DNA of 24,000 bases from Actinomycetota bacterium. Lineage in GTDB: Bacteria; Actinomycetota; Coriobacteriia; Anaerosomatales; Anaerosomataceae. The notes under the pieces were generated by a model. It ran no database searches. It had not been told where the DNA came from and saw nothing but the letters and a program-made list of their open reading frames with translations. The position numbers and the translations under genes are program-made. This document shows positions 11,026 to 19,520 of this stretch, piece by piece (position 1 is the first letter of the stretch; every line of letters starts with the position of its first letter). Location of the stretch: the NCBI GenBank assembly GCA_009773565.1, contig WSXY01000002.1, positions 357,805 through 381,804 of the forward strand. Reading direction: 5' to 3'.

Positions 11026-11929
11026 TCTCGGATACTTCCTCAAGGAATCGGTTGTAAGCTTCCGCCGCAACTGGGTGATGAGCCTCGGCGCGGTCATCAC
11101 GATCTACCTGTCACTTCTGCTCGTCGGCGCATCTGTGGGCAGCAGCATGATCGTTTCTCAGGTCGTTCGCTCGGTCGAGGAGAAGGTGTCGATTCGAGTC
11201 TTCCTGAAAGACGGAGCTGCTCCGGCCGATGTCGACTCTCTGCAGGCCGCGCTCGTTGCCGATGCACGGGTGAAGAACGTCAAGTACACGTCCAAGGAGC
11301 AGGCGCTCAAGGACTTCGGCGCCACGATGGTCGAGAGCCCGGAACTTGTGGACGCACTCGAGGTCAATCCGTTGCCCGCATCGCTTGATGTCGACCTCAA
11401 GACTCCGCAAGACGTGAACGCCGTCGTCGCGATGATCAAGGCCAACCCGACGTTCCTTAAAGTCGCGGATCGCCCCGATAAGCCCGAGAAGTCGCTCAAG
11501 TACGGTCAGCAGATCGTCAACCAGCTCTTCGCGTTCACACGGGTGCTGCGTGCAGTCGGGGCCGTGTTCATCATCATGCTCGCCATCATCAGCCTGATCT
11601 TCATCAACAACACGATCCGACTTGCAATCTATGCACGGCGCAAAGAGATCGGAATCATGCGTCTCGTTGGCGCGTCGAACTGGTTCATTCGCACGCCGTT
11701 CCTCCTGGAAGGCACGCTCCAGAGCCTTCTCGGAGCATTGCTGGCGCTGCTCACGCTTGGCTCTATCCAGTGGTTTGTCATGCCAAAGGTCAGGGAGACG
11801 ATCTCCTTCTTGCCCGTGACGCTGTCAGCCGGGGCCGCCGCACAGATTTCTGCGATTCTCATCCTGAGCGGCGTCGTCATCGGCCTCGGTGGATCTGCGT
11901 TCGCACTTCGTCGCTACCTCAAGGTCTAG
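11015..11929 (+). CDS. ftsX: Cell-division permease-like protein FtsX
   Basis: [20 protein letters not shown] is a typical FtsX N-terminus. One TM is followed by an extracellular domain and then 3 C-terminal TMs ([21 protein letters not shown]). It overlaps the ftsE stop by 11 nt. Confidence 0.9.
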
Positions 11930-11933
11930 CCGC

Positions 11934-13124
11934 ATGAACAAGGCGCTCAAGGTCACGTTCGCTGTCGCGATTGTTCTTATCGTTGGGTTTGGCGGTTTTG
12001 CGGGTGGCGTGCTGTTCGACCGTATGGTCGGCGCTCCCGCAGCACTGCCCGGCGTAAGCGACGCCGCCGCGACGCCCGAGCAGGCAGCGCGGGAAGTTCG
12101 GGACATCATCAACCGCGAGGCGCTTGCCCCGAGCGATGATGCTTCGATGGCGGCCGGGGTCGTGAGTGGCATGTTGCAGTCGCTCGATGACTCATATGCG
12201 GTGTACTTCGACAAGCAGCACTATGCGTACTTCAACGAGCAGACCACCGGCGAGTTCTACGGCATCGGAATCACGATTTCCGACAAGAACGGCAAGCCGA
12301 CGGTCGTGTCCGTGATCAAGGGCACCCCGGCCGAGAACGCAAAGCTGAAAGCCGCGGACGTTATCGTCTCGATCGACGGCGTGACGCGCGATAAGTGGGA
12401 CCTCGATGAGGTCGTGAAGCGCGTGCGCGGTCCCGAGGGTAGCAAGGTTAAGCTACAGATAGCGCGCAAAGGCGCCCCCGGGTTGCTCGAATTCACCATC
12501 ACTCGTGCCAAGATCGATGTGCCGAACGTCGAGCAGGAGCTTGTCGGCAAAGACGTCGGCTATATCCGCCTCTACTCGTTCAACCAGCGCTCGGGCGATG
12601 ATCTCCGTGCGGCCATAAAGGAACTGACCACGAAGGGTGCTAAGGGCTTCGTGCTCGACTTGCGGGATAACCCCGGCGGGCTCCTGAGCGCATCGGTCGA
12701 CGTCGTGTCGCTCTTCGTGAAAGACGGCGTGGTCGTGAGCGTTGACGGTCGTGCACCGCAAGTGGATGAGACGTACCGCGCCTCGGGAAGCATCGAAACC
12801 AAGGCACCGGTCGTGTTGCTTGTGAATGAGAACTCCGCCTCGGCAAGCGAGATCGTCGCGGGCGCACTCCAGGACTACAAGCGCGCGACCATCGTCGGCG
12901 TGACGACGTTCGGCAAGGGGAGTGTTCAGCAGATCGAGGAACTCAGCTTCGGCGGTGCCATGAAGCTCACGATCGCGCACTACCTGACGCCGAAAGGTCG
13001 GATCATCGACAAGAAGGGCGTCGTGCCCGAGGTGCTTGTGAAGATGGATCCCGAGAAGCAGATAGACAAGAAGACCGATACTCAGTACGAGCGTGCGCTC
13101 ACCGAACTGAGGAGACTCTTCTAG
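11934..13124 (+). CDS. S41 family C-terminal processing peptidase with PDZ domain
   Basis: N-terminal TM anchor, PDZ segment (GIGITISDKNGKPTVVSVIKGTPAENAKLKAADVIVSIDG), catalytic-Ser region NENSASASEIVAGALQD and Lys region TFGKGSVQ. Confidence 0.9.
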   Translation: MNKALKVTFAVAIVLIVGFGGFAGGVLFDRMVGAPAALPGVSDAAATPEQAAREVRDIINREALAPSDDASMAAGVVSGMLQSLDDSYAVYFDKQHYAYFNEQTTGEFYGIGITISDKNGKPTVVSVIKGTPAENAKLKAADVIVSIDGVTRDKWDLDEVVKRVRGPEGSKVKLQIARKGAPGLLEFTITRAKIDVPNVEQELVGKDVGYIRLYSFNQRSGDDLRAAIKELTTKGAKGFVLDLRDNPGGLLSASVDVVSLFVKDGVVVSVDGRAPQVDETYRASGSIETKAPVVLLVNENSASASEIVAGALQDYKRATIVGVTTFGKGSVQQIEELSFGGAMKLTIAHYLTPKGRIIDKKGVVPEVLVKMDPEKQIDKKTDTQYERALTELRRLF

Positions 13125-13543
13125 TCTTCGTCTTCTTCGTCATCCATGGTCACGAATGATCCCGCGTCGAACGCCGGGTCCTCCATGAAGCGCATGACCG
13201 GACGCCCCTCACGGCCCTCGGCATCTTCCACAGGACGCAACTCCAGGACGACTCCGTCGCCATAGAGCTCGATGGCGGTATCGCCATCATCCGCTGTGGT
13301 GAAGTTGAGGTAGCGGAAGCTCGCAACATTCAGGAAGAGGCATCCGTTTACGAGCAGCGTGGATGAGTCCGGGTCGGCCATGATCTTCACAAGCGTGGCA
13401 CGACCTTCAGCGATACCCTCGCCGTCGACGGCATAGCGATACTCGAACGCTTCGACGGTCTCCATGGCGCGAACCATGTCGCGCAGGCCGCTGACTGTTC
13501 CGGTGCCGATGAGGCACGGTGTGAGGTCTCTGGGGTGCTGCAT
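13121..13543 (-). CDS. Hypothetical small cytoplasmic protein with a strongly acidic C-terminal tail (DDEEDED)
   Basis: 140-aa ORF with GGAGAA 4-5 nt upstream of the ATG and coding-like composition. I recognise no motif. Its stop shares the CTAG at 13121-13124 with the convergent peptidase gene. Confidence 0.6.
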   Translation of the reverse strand: MQHPRDLTPCLIGTGTVSGLRDMVRAMETVEAFEYRYAVDGEGIAEGRATLVKIMADPDSSTLLVNGCLFLNVASFRYLNFTTADDGDTAIELYGDGVVLELRPVEDAEGREGRPVMRFMEDPAFDAGSFVTMDDEEDED

Positions 13544-13664
13544 GTGTTCTCCGAACGCTCAGGTGTAGAGTTGCACCATACAGAGATTGTAGCATCGGGG
13601 CAAGCGAAAGCAGGCTCCGTCGGTCGGGCTCAAGGGCCATCGATGCAGGTCGCAAGGAGGGGTC

Positions 13665-15773
13665 GTGCGCCCGGAGAAACTTGTGGTCAAAGCCCTGCGC
13701 GCGGGCGGGGGTCGACCCATGACCGTGGGAGAGCTTGCCGCTACGCTTGAGGTCGACGGCATGCCTGAGGACCGCATTGCGAACGTCCTGGCGAGTCTCG
13801 TTCGGGCGGGCTCTGTCGCCGCGCTCCCGGGCGAGAAGTACATCGCACTCAAGGAGCGAAACCTCCTCATTGGCCGTCTGAGTATGAACCGGCGCGGCTT
13901 CGGTTTCGTGTCGACGCCGGCGGGTGAGATCTACATCGGCCGACGCGATTCAGCGGGAGCGATGCACGGTGACACCGTCTCAGTGCGACTCAACTCGCAG
14001 CGCTCGAAGGAGGGTCGCTCTGGTGAAGTCGTGCAGGTCGTCGAGCGGAAGCTCACCTCGATCGTAGGCGTGTTCCAGCGGCATGGCGGTCTCGGGATCG
14101 TCACGCCGACCGACCCGCGCGTGAGCACCGACGTATTCGTCGACCTGAAGCGCGGGCTGCAGCCGAAGCAGGGCGACGTCGTCGTCGCTCGCATCACGCG
14201 GTACCCGACGCAGCATGATTCGATGCAGGGCGCTATCGAGGAGATCCTCGGCAAGCCGGGCGCACCCGGTGTCGACGTCGAGATAGTGATTCGCGAGCAT
14301 TCGCTGCCGACTGCGTTCCCCGCAGAAGTCGAGGTGGCCGCGAACAGCCTGGGGCAAGACGTCGAGGGCGAGCTCGCGCGCGGCCGTACTGACGTGCGCG
14401 ACATTCTCACCATCACCATCGACCCGACCGACGCGAAGGACTTCGACGACGCAATCTCGGTCGAGCGCCGCGAAGGCGGCTTCCGGATGTGGGTGCACAT
14501 CGCGGACGTGAGCCACTACGTCCCCTGGGCCTCCACAATCGACGAGGAGGCTCGCAAGCGGGCCACCTCGGTGTACCTTGTCGACCGCGTCATTCCGATG
14601 CTCCCGGAGCACCTCAGCAACGGCATCTGCTCGCTCAACCCTGACGAGGACCGCCTCACCTTCACGGTCGAGATGGACCTCGACAAGACGGGGCTGGTGG
14701 AAGGCGCGCGGCTCTACCCCTCGGTCATCCGAAGCAACTACCGGTTCGACTACGACAGCGTGGACCGCTGGCTGGCGGCAGGCGACGGCTACCCGAGTCC
14801 CGAGTCAAAGCAGCTGATCGAGGATTTCCGGCGCGTCGCCGACGCCATCCACACGCGGCGCATCGCACGTGGGGGGCTCGATTTCGACACGGTCGAGGCG
14901 CGCGTTCGACTTGACGACAAGGGTAAGCCGCTCGAAGTCGTTGTGCGCAAGCGCACCGTCGCCACCAACATGATCGAAGAGGCGATGGTGCTCGCCAATG
15001 AAGTCGTCGCGCGCCACATGCGTGACGCGAAAGTGCCGATGGTTTACCGGATCCACGAGGATCCCGATCCGGATGCGCTCGGGCAGATCGCTGTGATCCT
15101 CAAGGAGTTCAACTACCCCATCAAAGAGATTCACGGAGCGACTCCGCAGACATTTCAGAAGATCGTGAAGTTCGCGAAAGGCCGCCCCGAGGAACTCCTC
15201 ATCAACTCGCTGTTGCTTCGCGCACTCGAGCGCGCGCGCTACTCGGACATCCTCTCGGGGCACTTCGGGCTTGCGAGCGGTGCGTACTGTCACTTCACGA
15301 GTCCGATCCGTCGGTATCCGGACCTCATCGTGCACCGGCTCCTTAGAGCCCAGCTCACCAAAACGCTCGGCAAGGAGCCTACTGCGAGCATGGTGGGGGA
15401 GCTCGAGTGGCTGACCGAGCACTGCTCGATCATGGAGCGCGAGGCCGAGTCGGCCGAGGTCACATCGCAGCGCGTGAAGCTGACGGAGCTCATGAGCGCA
15501 CACCTCGGCGAGAAGTTCGACGGAATCATCACCGGCGTGATGTCGTTCGGGTTCTTCGTACAGCTCGACAACACTGCCGAGGGACTCGTCCACGTGCAGA
15601 CGATGAAGGACGATTACTACCGCTTCGAGCCCGAGCGCTTCCTGTTGCTCGGCGAGAACCGCGGTGCGGTCTTCCGGCTCGGCCAGCGTGTGCGCGTCCG
15701 CCTGCTCGACGTGAGCGTCAGTGAGCGTAGGATCGACTTCGAGGTGGTTACGGCGCGTCAGAAGCTACGCTAG
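13665..15773 (+). CDS. rnr: Ribonuclease R (RNB-family 3'-5' exoribonuclease with C-terminal S1 domain)
   Basis: The GTG is preceded by AAGGAGG. RNB motifs TIDPTDAKDFDDAISVE, VYLVDRVIPMLPE and HFGLASGAYCHFTSPIRRYPDLIVHR are present, as is the S1 domain GIITGVMSFGFFVQL. Confidence 0.95.
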   Translation: MRPEKLVVKALRAGGGRPMTVGELAATLEVDGMPEDRIANVLASLVRAGSVAALPGEKYIALKERNLLIGRLSMNRRGFGFVSTPAGEIYIGRRDSAGAMHGDTVSVRLNSQRSKEGRSGEVVQVVERKLTSIVGVFQRHGGLGIVTPTDPRVSTDVFVDLKRGLQPKQGDVVVARITRYPTQHDSMQGAIEEILGKPGAPGVDVEIVIREHSLPTAFPAEVEVAANSLGQDVEGELARGRTDVRDILTITIDPTDAKDFDDAISVERREGGFRMWVHIADVSHYVPWASTIDEEARKRATSVYLVDRVIPMLPEHLSNGICSLNPDEDRLTFTVEMDLDKTGLVEGARLYPSVIRSNYRFDYDSVDRWLAAGDGYPSPESKQLIEDFRRVADAIHTRRIARGGLDFDTVEARVRLDDKGKPLEVVVRKRTVATNMIEEAMVLANEVVARHMRDAKVPMVYRIHEDPDPDALGQIAVILKEFNYPIKEIHGATPQTFQKIVKFAKGRPEELLINSLLLRALERARYSDILSGHFGLASGAYCHFTSPIRRYPDLIVHRLLRAQLTKTLGKEPTASMVGELEWLTEHCSIMEREAESAEVTSQRVKLTELMSAHLGEKFDGIITGVMSFGFFVQLDNTAEGLVHVQTMKDDYYRFEPERFLLLGENRGAVFRLGQRVRVRLLDVSVSERRIDFEVVTARQKLR

Positions 15774-16189
15774 TCGAGCGTTCGCACGTCGCAGGCACCG
15801 CTCGCGGCTAGTTGGCGGTCGTCGGTGACGAGTTCGCAGCCCAGCGATACTGCGAGCGCCGCAAAGACCGCGTCGTAGATGGTCAGCTTGTGGCGTCCGG
15901 AAAGCGCAATGGCTGCGCGGGTCAGCGGCCCGTCCACCGAGAACCACGCCAGGTTTGCGAGCTCCAGACGTTCAGCAGCTTCGATCAGATGTACGTCGCT
16001 GAGTCGTCTGCACCTGAGCGCGTTCAGGACTTCGAGACGCAGATGGTCGGGGGCGGCGAGTACGTGCGAGCCATCGAGATGCTTCTCGAGCACGTCGAGT
16101 GCGGCCGGGACGTGGTTCTCGTTCTCGTGCACGAACCACTTAACAACAACCGACGAGTCAACGACGAGCAGTGGGGGACTAGCGTCCAT
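15770..16189 (-). CDS. vapC: PIN-domain ribonuclease toxin VapC
   Basis: MDASPPLLVVDSSVVVKW... carries the PIN acidic set (D in VVDSS, E in RLEVLNA, D in IYDAVF, D in VTDDRQL). The ATG is embedded in the vapB 3' end (11-nt overlap) and preceded by GGGAGG. Confidence 0.85.
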   Translation of the reverse strand: MDASPPLLVVDSSVVVKWFVHENENHVPAALDVLEKHLDGSHVLAAPDHLRLEVLNALRCRRLSDVHLIEAAERLELANLAWFSVDGPLTRAAIALSGRHKLTIYDAVFAALAVSLGCELVTDDRQLAASGACDVRTLD

Positions 16190-16466
16190 CGGGTGTCCGC
16201 CTCCCGTGGTCGCTATCGCGGTCAGCGCGAATGATCGCCGTCGTGTCCTCTCCATCGGGCAGGTGCTTCGCAAGCTCTCGCATACCGGTGATCGCCTGCT
16301 GAATGCTTACGCGACGCTCCTCAGCAGCCCGTTCGTCACGAACCCGCGCCACGTACAGTGCGGTCGCCTCCTGCACGAAGCCGCTGCGCGAGCGCCCGAG
16401 CGACGTCGCGAGCTCGTCGACCTCGTCAAGCAGACTATCGGGGAGTGAGACGTTCACCTTGGCCAA
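16179..16466 (-). CDS. vapB: Ribbon-helix-helix (CopG/VapB-type) antitoxin
   Basis: A TTG start follows GGAGG. (M)AKVNVSLPDSLLDEVDELATSLGRSRSGFVQEATALYV is a classic RHH fold signature. The remaining 5' part of ORF 16179..17753 is antisense shadow of the M42 gene. Confidence 0.75.
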   Translation of the reverse strand: MAKVNVSLPDSLLDEVDELATSLGRSRSGFVQEATALYVARVRDERAAEERRVSIQQAITGMRELAKHLPDGEDTTAIIRADRDSDHGRRTPDGR

Positions 16467-16480
16467 AGTAGTCCTCCATG

Positions 16481-16517
16481 GTAGTGCCAGACAGTAGTGC
16501 CGTGATGGAGTATAGCA
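16481..16517 (-). promoter_or_regulatory. Candidate vapBC promoter (extended -10 TGCTATACT on the minus strand, 16509-16517) with two direct repeats GGCACTAC (16481-16488 and 16494-16501) as a likely antitoxin operator
   Basis: The minus strand reads TGCTATACTccatcacGGCACTACtgtctGGCACTACcatGGAGGactacTTG. The repeats are 13 bp apart, between the -10 and the RBS. Confidence 0.45.
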
Positions 16518-16637
16518 CGTACGCGTGGATGATGCGCTGGAGATCAGCCTACAAGAGACGTGCCCCGTCTGGCGCGTGTCACACCTCGGCGGTACACTGT
16601 ACGCCCACCTGCGTCTATGCACCGAGGAGGCCGATTC

Positions 16638-17699
16638 ATGCGCGAAGCTTCGTTCACATTCCTGAAGACCCTCATCGAGGCCCCGTCGCCGTCCGGCTAC
16701 GAGCAGCCTGCAGCGAAGGTATTCCGTGAGTACGTGACGCCGATGGCCGACACGGTCTCGACCGACGTCATGGGTTCGGTGCATGCGGTGCTCAAGGGCA
16801 CGGCGGACGGTCCTTCCGTCATGCTCGCGGGACATATCGACGAGATAGGCTTCATGGTCACCTACATCACCGACGACGGATTCTGCGCGTTCGCACCCAT
16901 TGGTGGGCACGACCCGCAGATCCTTCCGGGTGCCCGTGTCACCGTCCACACTACCGAGGGCCCGCTCCTCGGGGTTATCGGCCGGCTCGCCGTCCACCTG
17001 CTCGATGACGAAGAGCGCAAGCAGGTCGTCAAGATGCACAAGATGTTCATCGACCTCGGCATGCCGGGGGATGTCGTGAAGAAGCGCGTTCGCATCGGTG
17101 ACCCGGTCACATATGCCGTTGGCATGGAGACGTTCGGCGACGGCATGGCCGTTTCGCGCGCGTTTGACGACAAGATGGGCGCCTGGGCTGCCGCCGAGGT
17201 CATCCGGCTCGTAAAGAAGGCCGGAGGAGCGAAGGGCAATCTTATCGCGGCCGCGACGGTGCAGGAAGAGATCGGCCTCCGAGGCGGTACGACGTCCGCG
17301 TACAGCGTGGACCCGGTCATCGGCATCGCACTCGAGGTCACGCACGCCACCGATTACCCCGACGTGGACAAGCGCAAGCACGGCGAAGTGAAGTGCGGAT
17401 GCGGTCCGGTCATCGCCCGGGGCGCCAATATCAACCCGATGGTCTTCAAGCTTCTCTGCGAGGCAGCTGAGGCCGAGAAGATCCCGTACCAGGTCGAGGG
17501 TGCGCCTCGCGGCACTGGCACCGACGCGAACGCCATCCAGCTCTCGCGCGGCGGCAAAGCTGCGGCGCTTGTGAGCGTGGCGCTCCGCTACATGCATACA
17601 CCCACTGAGGTCCTGTCGCTCGAGGATCTGGAGAACACCGCGAAGCTGCTCGCAGCGTTCGTGCTCCGACTCGAGCCCGGGACCGACTTCACACCCTAG
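16638..17699 (+). CDS. M42 family metallopeptidase (FrvX/YsdC-type aminopeptidase, often annotated endoglucanase)
   Basis: ATG follows GAGGAGG. MREASFTFLKTLIEAPSPSGYE, metal-ligand motifs AGHIDEIGF, RAFDDKMG and VQEEIGLRG, and the C-terminal RYMHTPTE match the family. Confidence 0.9.
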   Translation: MREASFTFLKTLIEAPSPSGYEQPAAKVFREYVTPMADTVSTDVMGSVHAVLKGTADGPSVMLAGHIDEIGFMVTYITDDGFCAFAPIGGHDPQILPGARVTVHTTEGPLLGVIGRLAVHLLDDEERKQVVKMHKMFIDLGMPGDVVKKRVRIGDPVTYAVGMETFGDGMAVSRAFDDKMGAWAAAEVIRLVKKAGGAKGNLIAAATVQEEIGLRGGTTSAYSVDPVIGIALEVTHATDYPDVDKRKHGEVKCGCGPVIARGANINPMVFKLLCEAAEAEKIPYQVEGAPRGTGTDANAIQLSRGGKAAALVSVALRYMHTPTEVLSLEDLENTAKLLAAFVLRLEPGTDFTP

Positions 17700-17718
17700 A
17701 ACCGAGGACGAACCGACA

Positions 17719-18189
17719 GTGCCCCGCGAAGAACGCCTCATAGCGTCCAACAAGAAGATCTTCTACGACTACACAGTCGACGAGACCTTCGAGGCAGGCA
17801 TCGCTTTGACGGGTACCGAGGTGAAGTCGCTTCGGGAGAGCCGGACGACGCTGCGCGACGCATTTGCGGCCGTTCGCGCGGGTGAGGTGTGGCTGCACAA
17901 CGTGCATATCGCGGCGTACAGTCACGGTAACCGCAGCAACGTGGAGCCCAACCGCAAGCGGAAGCTGCTCCTGCACAAGAACCAGATTCGCTATCTCCTC
18001 GGAAAGACGAAGGAGAAGGGGTACACGCTTGTACCCCTCAAGCTCTATTTCGCCGAGAACGGCCTTGTGAAGGTCGAGCTGGGCCTTGCCCGCGGAAAGA
18101 AGAACTACGACAAGCGTGACGCCGAGGCCGCGCGCGACTCGAAGCGCGACGTTGAGCGGGCGCTCAAGGACCGCACGCAGGGCCGCTGA
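17719..18189 (+). CDS. smpB: SsrA-binding protein SmpB
   Basis: IASNKKIFYDYTVDETFEAGIALTGTEVKSLRE...HIAAYSHGN...RKRKLLLHKNQI...GYTLVPLKLYF...VELGLARGKKNYDKR is the canonical SmpB sequence. It lies directly upstream of ssrA. Confidence 0.95.
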   Translation: MPREERLIASNKKIFYDYTVDETFEAGIALTGTEVKSLRESRTTLRDAFAAVRAGEVWLHNVHIAAYSHGNRSNVEPNRKRKLLLHKNQIRYLLGKTKEKGYTLVPLKLYFAENGLVKVELGLARGKKNYDKRDAEAARDSKRDVERALKDRTQGR

Positions 18190-18211
18190 CGGCACGACGC
18201 TTGCACGCAAG

Positions 18212-18240
18212 GTGACGTGCCGCTCACGCGGGGATATACT
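18212..18240 (+). promoter_or_regulatory. Candidate ssrA promoter (-35 GTGACG, 17-nt spacer, -10 TATACT)
   Basis: The hexamers at 18212-18217 and 18235-18240 would give a ~40-nt leader ahead of the mature tmRNA 5' end. This is a by-eye match only. Confidence 0.3.
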
Positions 18241-18287
18241 ACGCATCCGCGCACGTGGCGGGCAGAACGTTGACAACGCTTGAATCC

Positions 18288-18636
18288 GGGGGCGACTGGA
18301 TTCGACACGATAGGTCCGAGGGTAGCAGCAGGCCGAGGTCCCCTCGCCTCGTTAAACAGGGGGAAAGACGCCTAAGCGTCGACACTAATTACGCTCTCGC
18401 TGCTTAATAAGTAGCGACGTCGTCCGATGAGCGTCCCCGTCATCGGGTACGACGTCACTCAGGGGACTTGCGCGACGGATGTGGGCTGTATGCCGTGAGC
18501 GCGAGACTGAACAGCCAGGGCACGAGCACGCGGGTCACCGGGTGTCGCTCGTGCTGACGATAACCGGTGTCTGAGCCTGGAGATACTCCCCGGGGATCTG
18601 TTGTGGACCGGAGTTCGATTCTCCGCGCCTCCACCA
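18288..18636 (+). ncRNA. ssrA: Transfer-messenger RNA (tmRNA, SsrA)
   Basis: The 5' GGGGGCGACTGGATTCGAC and 3' GGACCGGAGTTCGATTCTCCGCGCCTCCACCA form a 7-bp acceptor stem with a G3:U pair, a T-arm CGGAG/TTCGATT/CTCCG and an encoded CCA. The internal tag frame reads ...GAC ACT AAT TAC GCT CTC GCT GCT TAA TAA (..DTNYALAA**). Confidence 0.93.
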
Positions 18637-18646
18637 CAATCTATCG

Positions 18647-18676
18647 CAGGGATTCGTCGCAACCGACGGGTCCCTG
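18647..18676. terminator. Hairpin between convergent ssrA and arfB, likely a bidirectional terminator
   Basis: CAGGGATTCGTCG-CAAC-CGACGGGTCCCTG forms ~13 pairs including 2 G:U. It is followed on the plus strand by TTCTGCGTT, and lies 11 nt after the tmRNA CCA and 32 nt after the arfB stop. Confidence 0.5.
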
Positions 18677-18707
18677 TTCTGCGTTATCGGAAGCACCACG
18701 GGCAGGT

Positions 18708-19076
18708 CTACTCCTCCGCGGGATCGACCTTGCGTCGCGTCGCCTTGCGCCGTGCCGTGATGTGCTTCACGCGCAGGACAGTCTCTTTCGCGGCACGCGT
18801 CTTTCGCGTGGCGATTCGCTCCGGTGCTTCGTAGGCGGCTTCGGCGATCTTGAGGCGCAGGCGGGCGAGCGCCGCCTTCTTGTTGAGGTACTGGCTGCGT
18901 TCGCGTCGTGCGACAACGACGATGCCAGTCGGCAGATGCTTCAGTCGAACTGCGCTGTCAGTCGTGTTGACGCTCTGTCCGCCCGGTCCCGTGGCGCGAA
19001 ACGTCGTGACGTCGCACTGTGCGAGCAACGCGCTGTCGGTCTCGGGGATGCGGTAGTCGGAATCCATAGCGACCAT
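18708..19076 (-). CDS. arfB: Alternative ribosome-rescue factor ArfB (YaeJ-type peptidyl-tRNA hydrolase)
   Basis: 122 aa. A GGQ domain without codon-recognition domains ([29 protein letters not shown]) is joined to a basic C-terminal tail ([26 protein letters not shown]). An alternative start is ATG 19067. Confidence 0.88.
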   Translation of the reverse strand: MVAMDSDYRIPETDSALLAQCDVTTFRATGPGGQSVNTTDSAVRLKHLPTGIVVVARRERSQYLNKKAALARLRLKIAEAAYEAPERIATRKTRAAKETVLRVKHITARRKATRRKVDPAEE

Positions 19077-19138
19077 TGTAACGCCCCGTTACCGTCACGT
19101 TGACAGTGCACCGCGCCGCAGTGTGGCATACTTTCCAA

Positions 19139-19513
19139 ATGCCAACTGATACCCGATATGGATTCCCTCGCGATGCCTGGGCAACGGCAAAGCGTCAGGC
19201 GCGTGACTTCCTTATCGGACGGGCACAGGAGCGTGGTACCACAACGTACTCCGAACTCTGTGAGGTCGTTTCTGCAGTACAGCTTCGCCCGTATTCATTT
19301 GCGATGATGGCGTTTCTGAACGAGGTTTGCGCCGAGGAGGACGCCGCTCATGGCGTCATGCTCGCGTCGCTTGTGACCCGGCGCGATACCGGATTGCCCG
19401 GCAACGGGTACTTCAAGTTCGCGGCCGGCCTCGGTCGCGAAACCACTGACCGCGAGGCGTTCTGGCGCTCCGAAGTCGAGCGTATCTACGCCGCATTCCC
19501 CGCCAAGGAGTAG
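19139..19513 (+). CDS. Hypothetical protein, possibly a winged-helix fold; function unknown
   Basis: ATG 19139 is preferred over the TTG at 19100, because that TTGACA looks more like a -35 box. The product is MPTDTRYGFPRDAWATAKRQARDFLIGRAQERGTTTYSELCEVV...ASLVTRRDTGLPGNGYF. AAGGAG in its last codons serves the next gene. Confidence 0.55.
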   Translation: MPTDTRYGFPRDAWATAKRQARDFLIGRAQERGTTTYSELCEVVSAVQLRPYSFAMMAFLNEVCAEEDAAHGVMLASLVTRRDTGLPGNGYFKFAAGLGRETTDREAFWRSEVERIYAAFPAKE

Positions 19514-19520
19514 ATCATCT

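Noticed and set aside
18600-19140. Possible genomic-island or prophage integration at the 3' end of ssrA, a classic attB site.
   Set aside because: There is no integrase, no phage-like genes, and no second copy of the ssrA 3' end (GGAGTTCGATTCTCC...) elsewhere in the window. The downstream genes are arfB and small chromosomal-looking genes.
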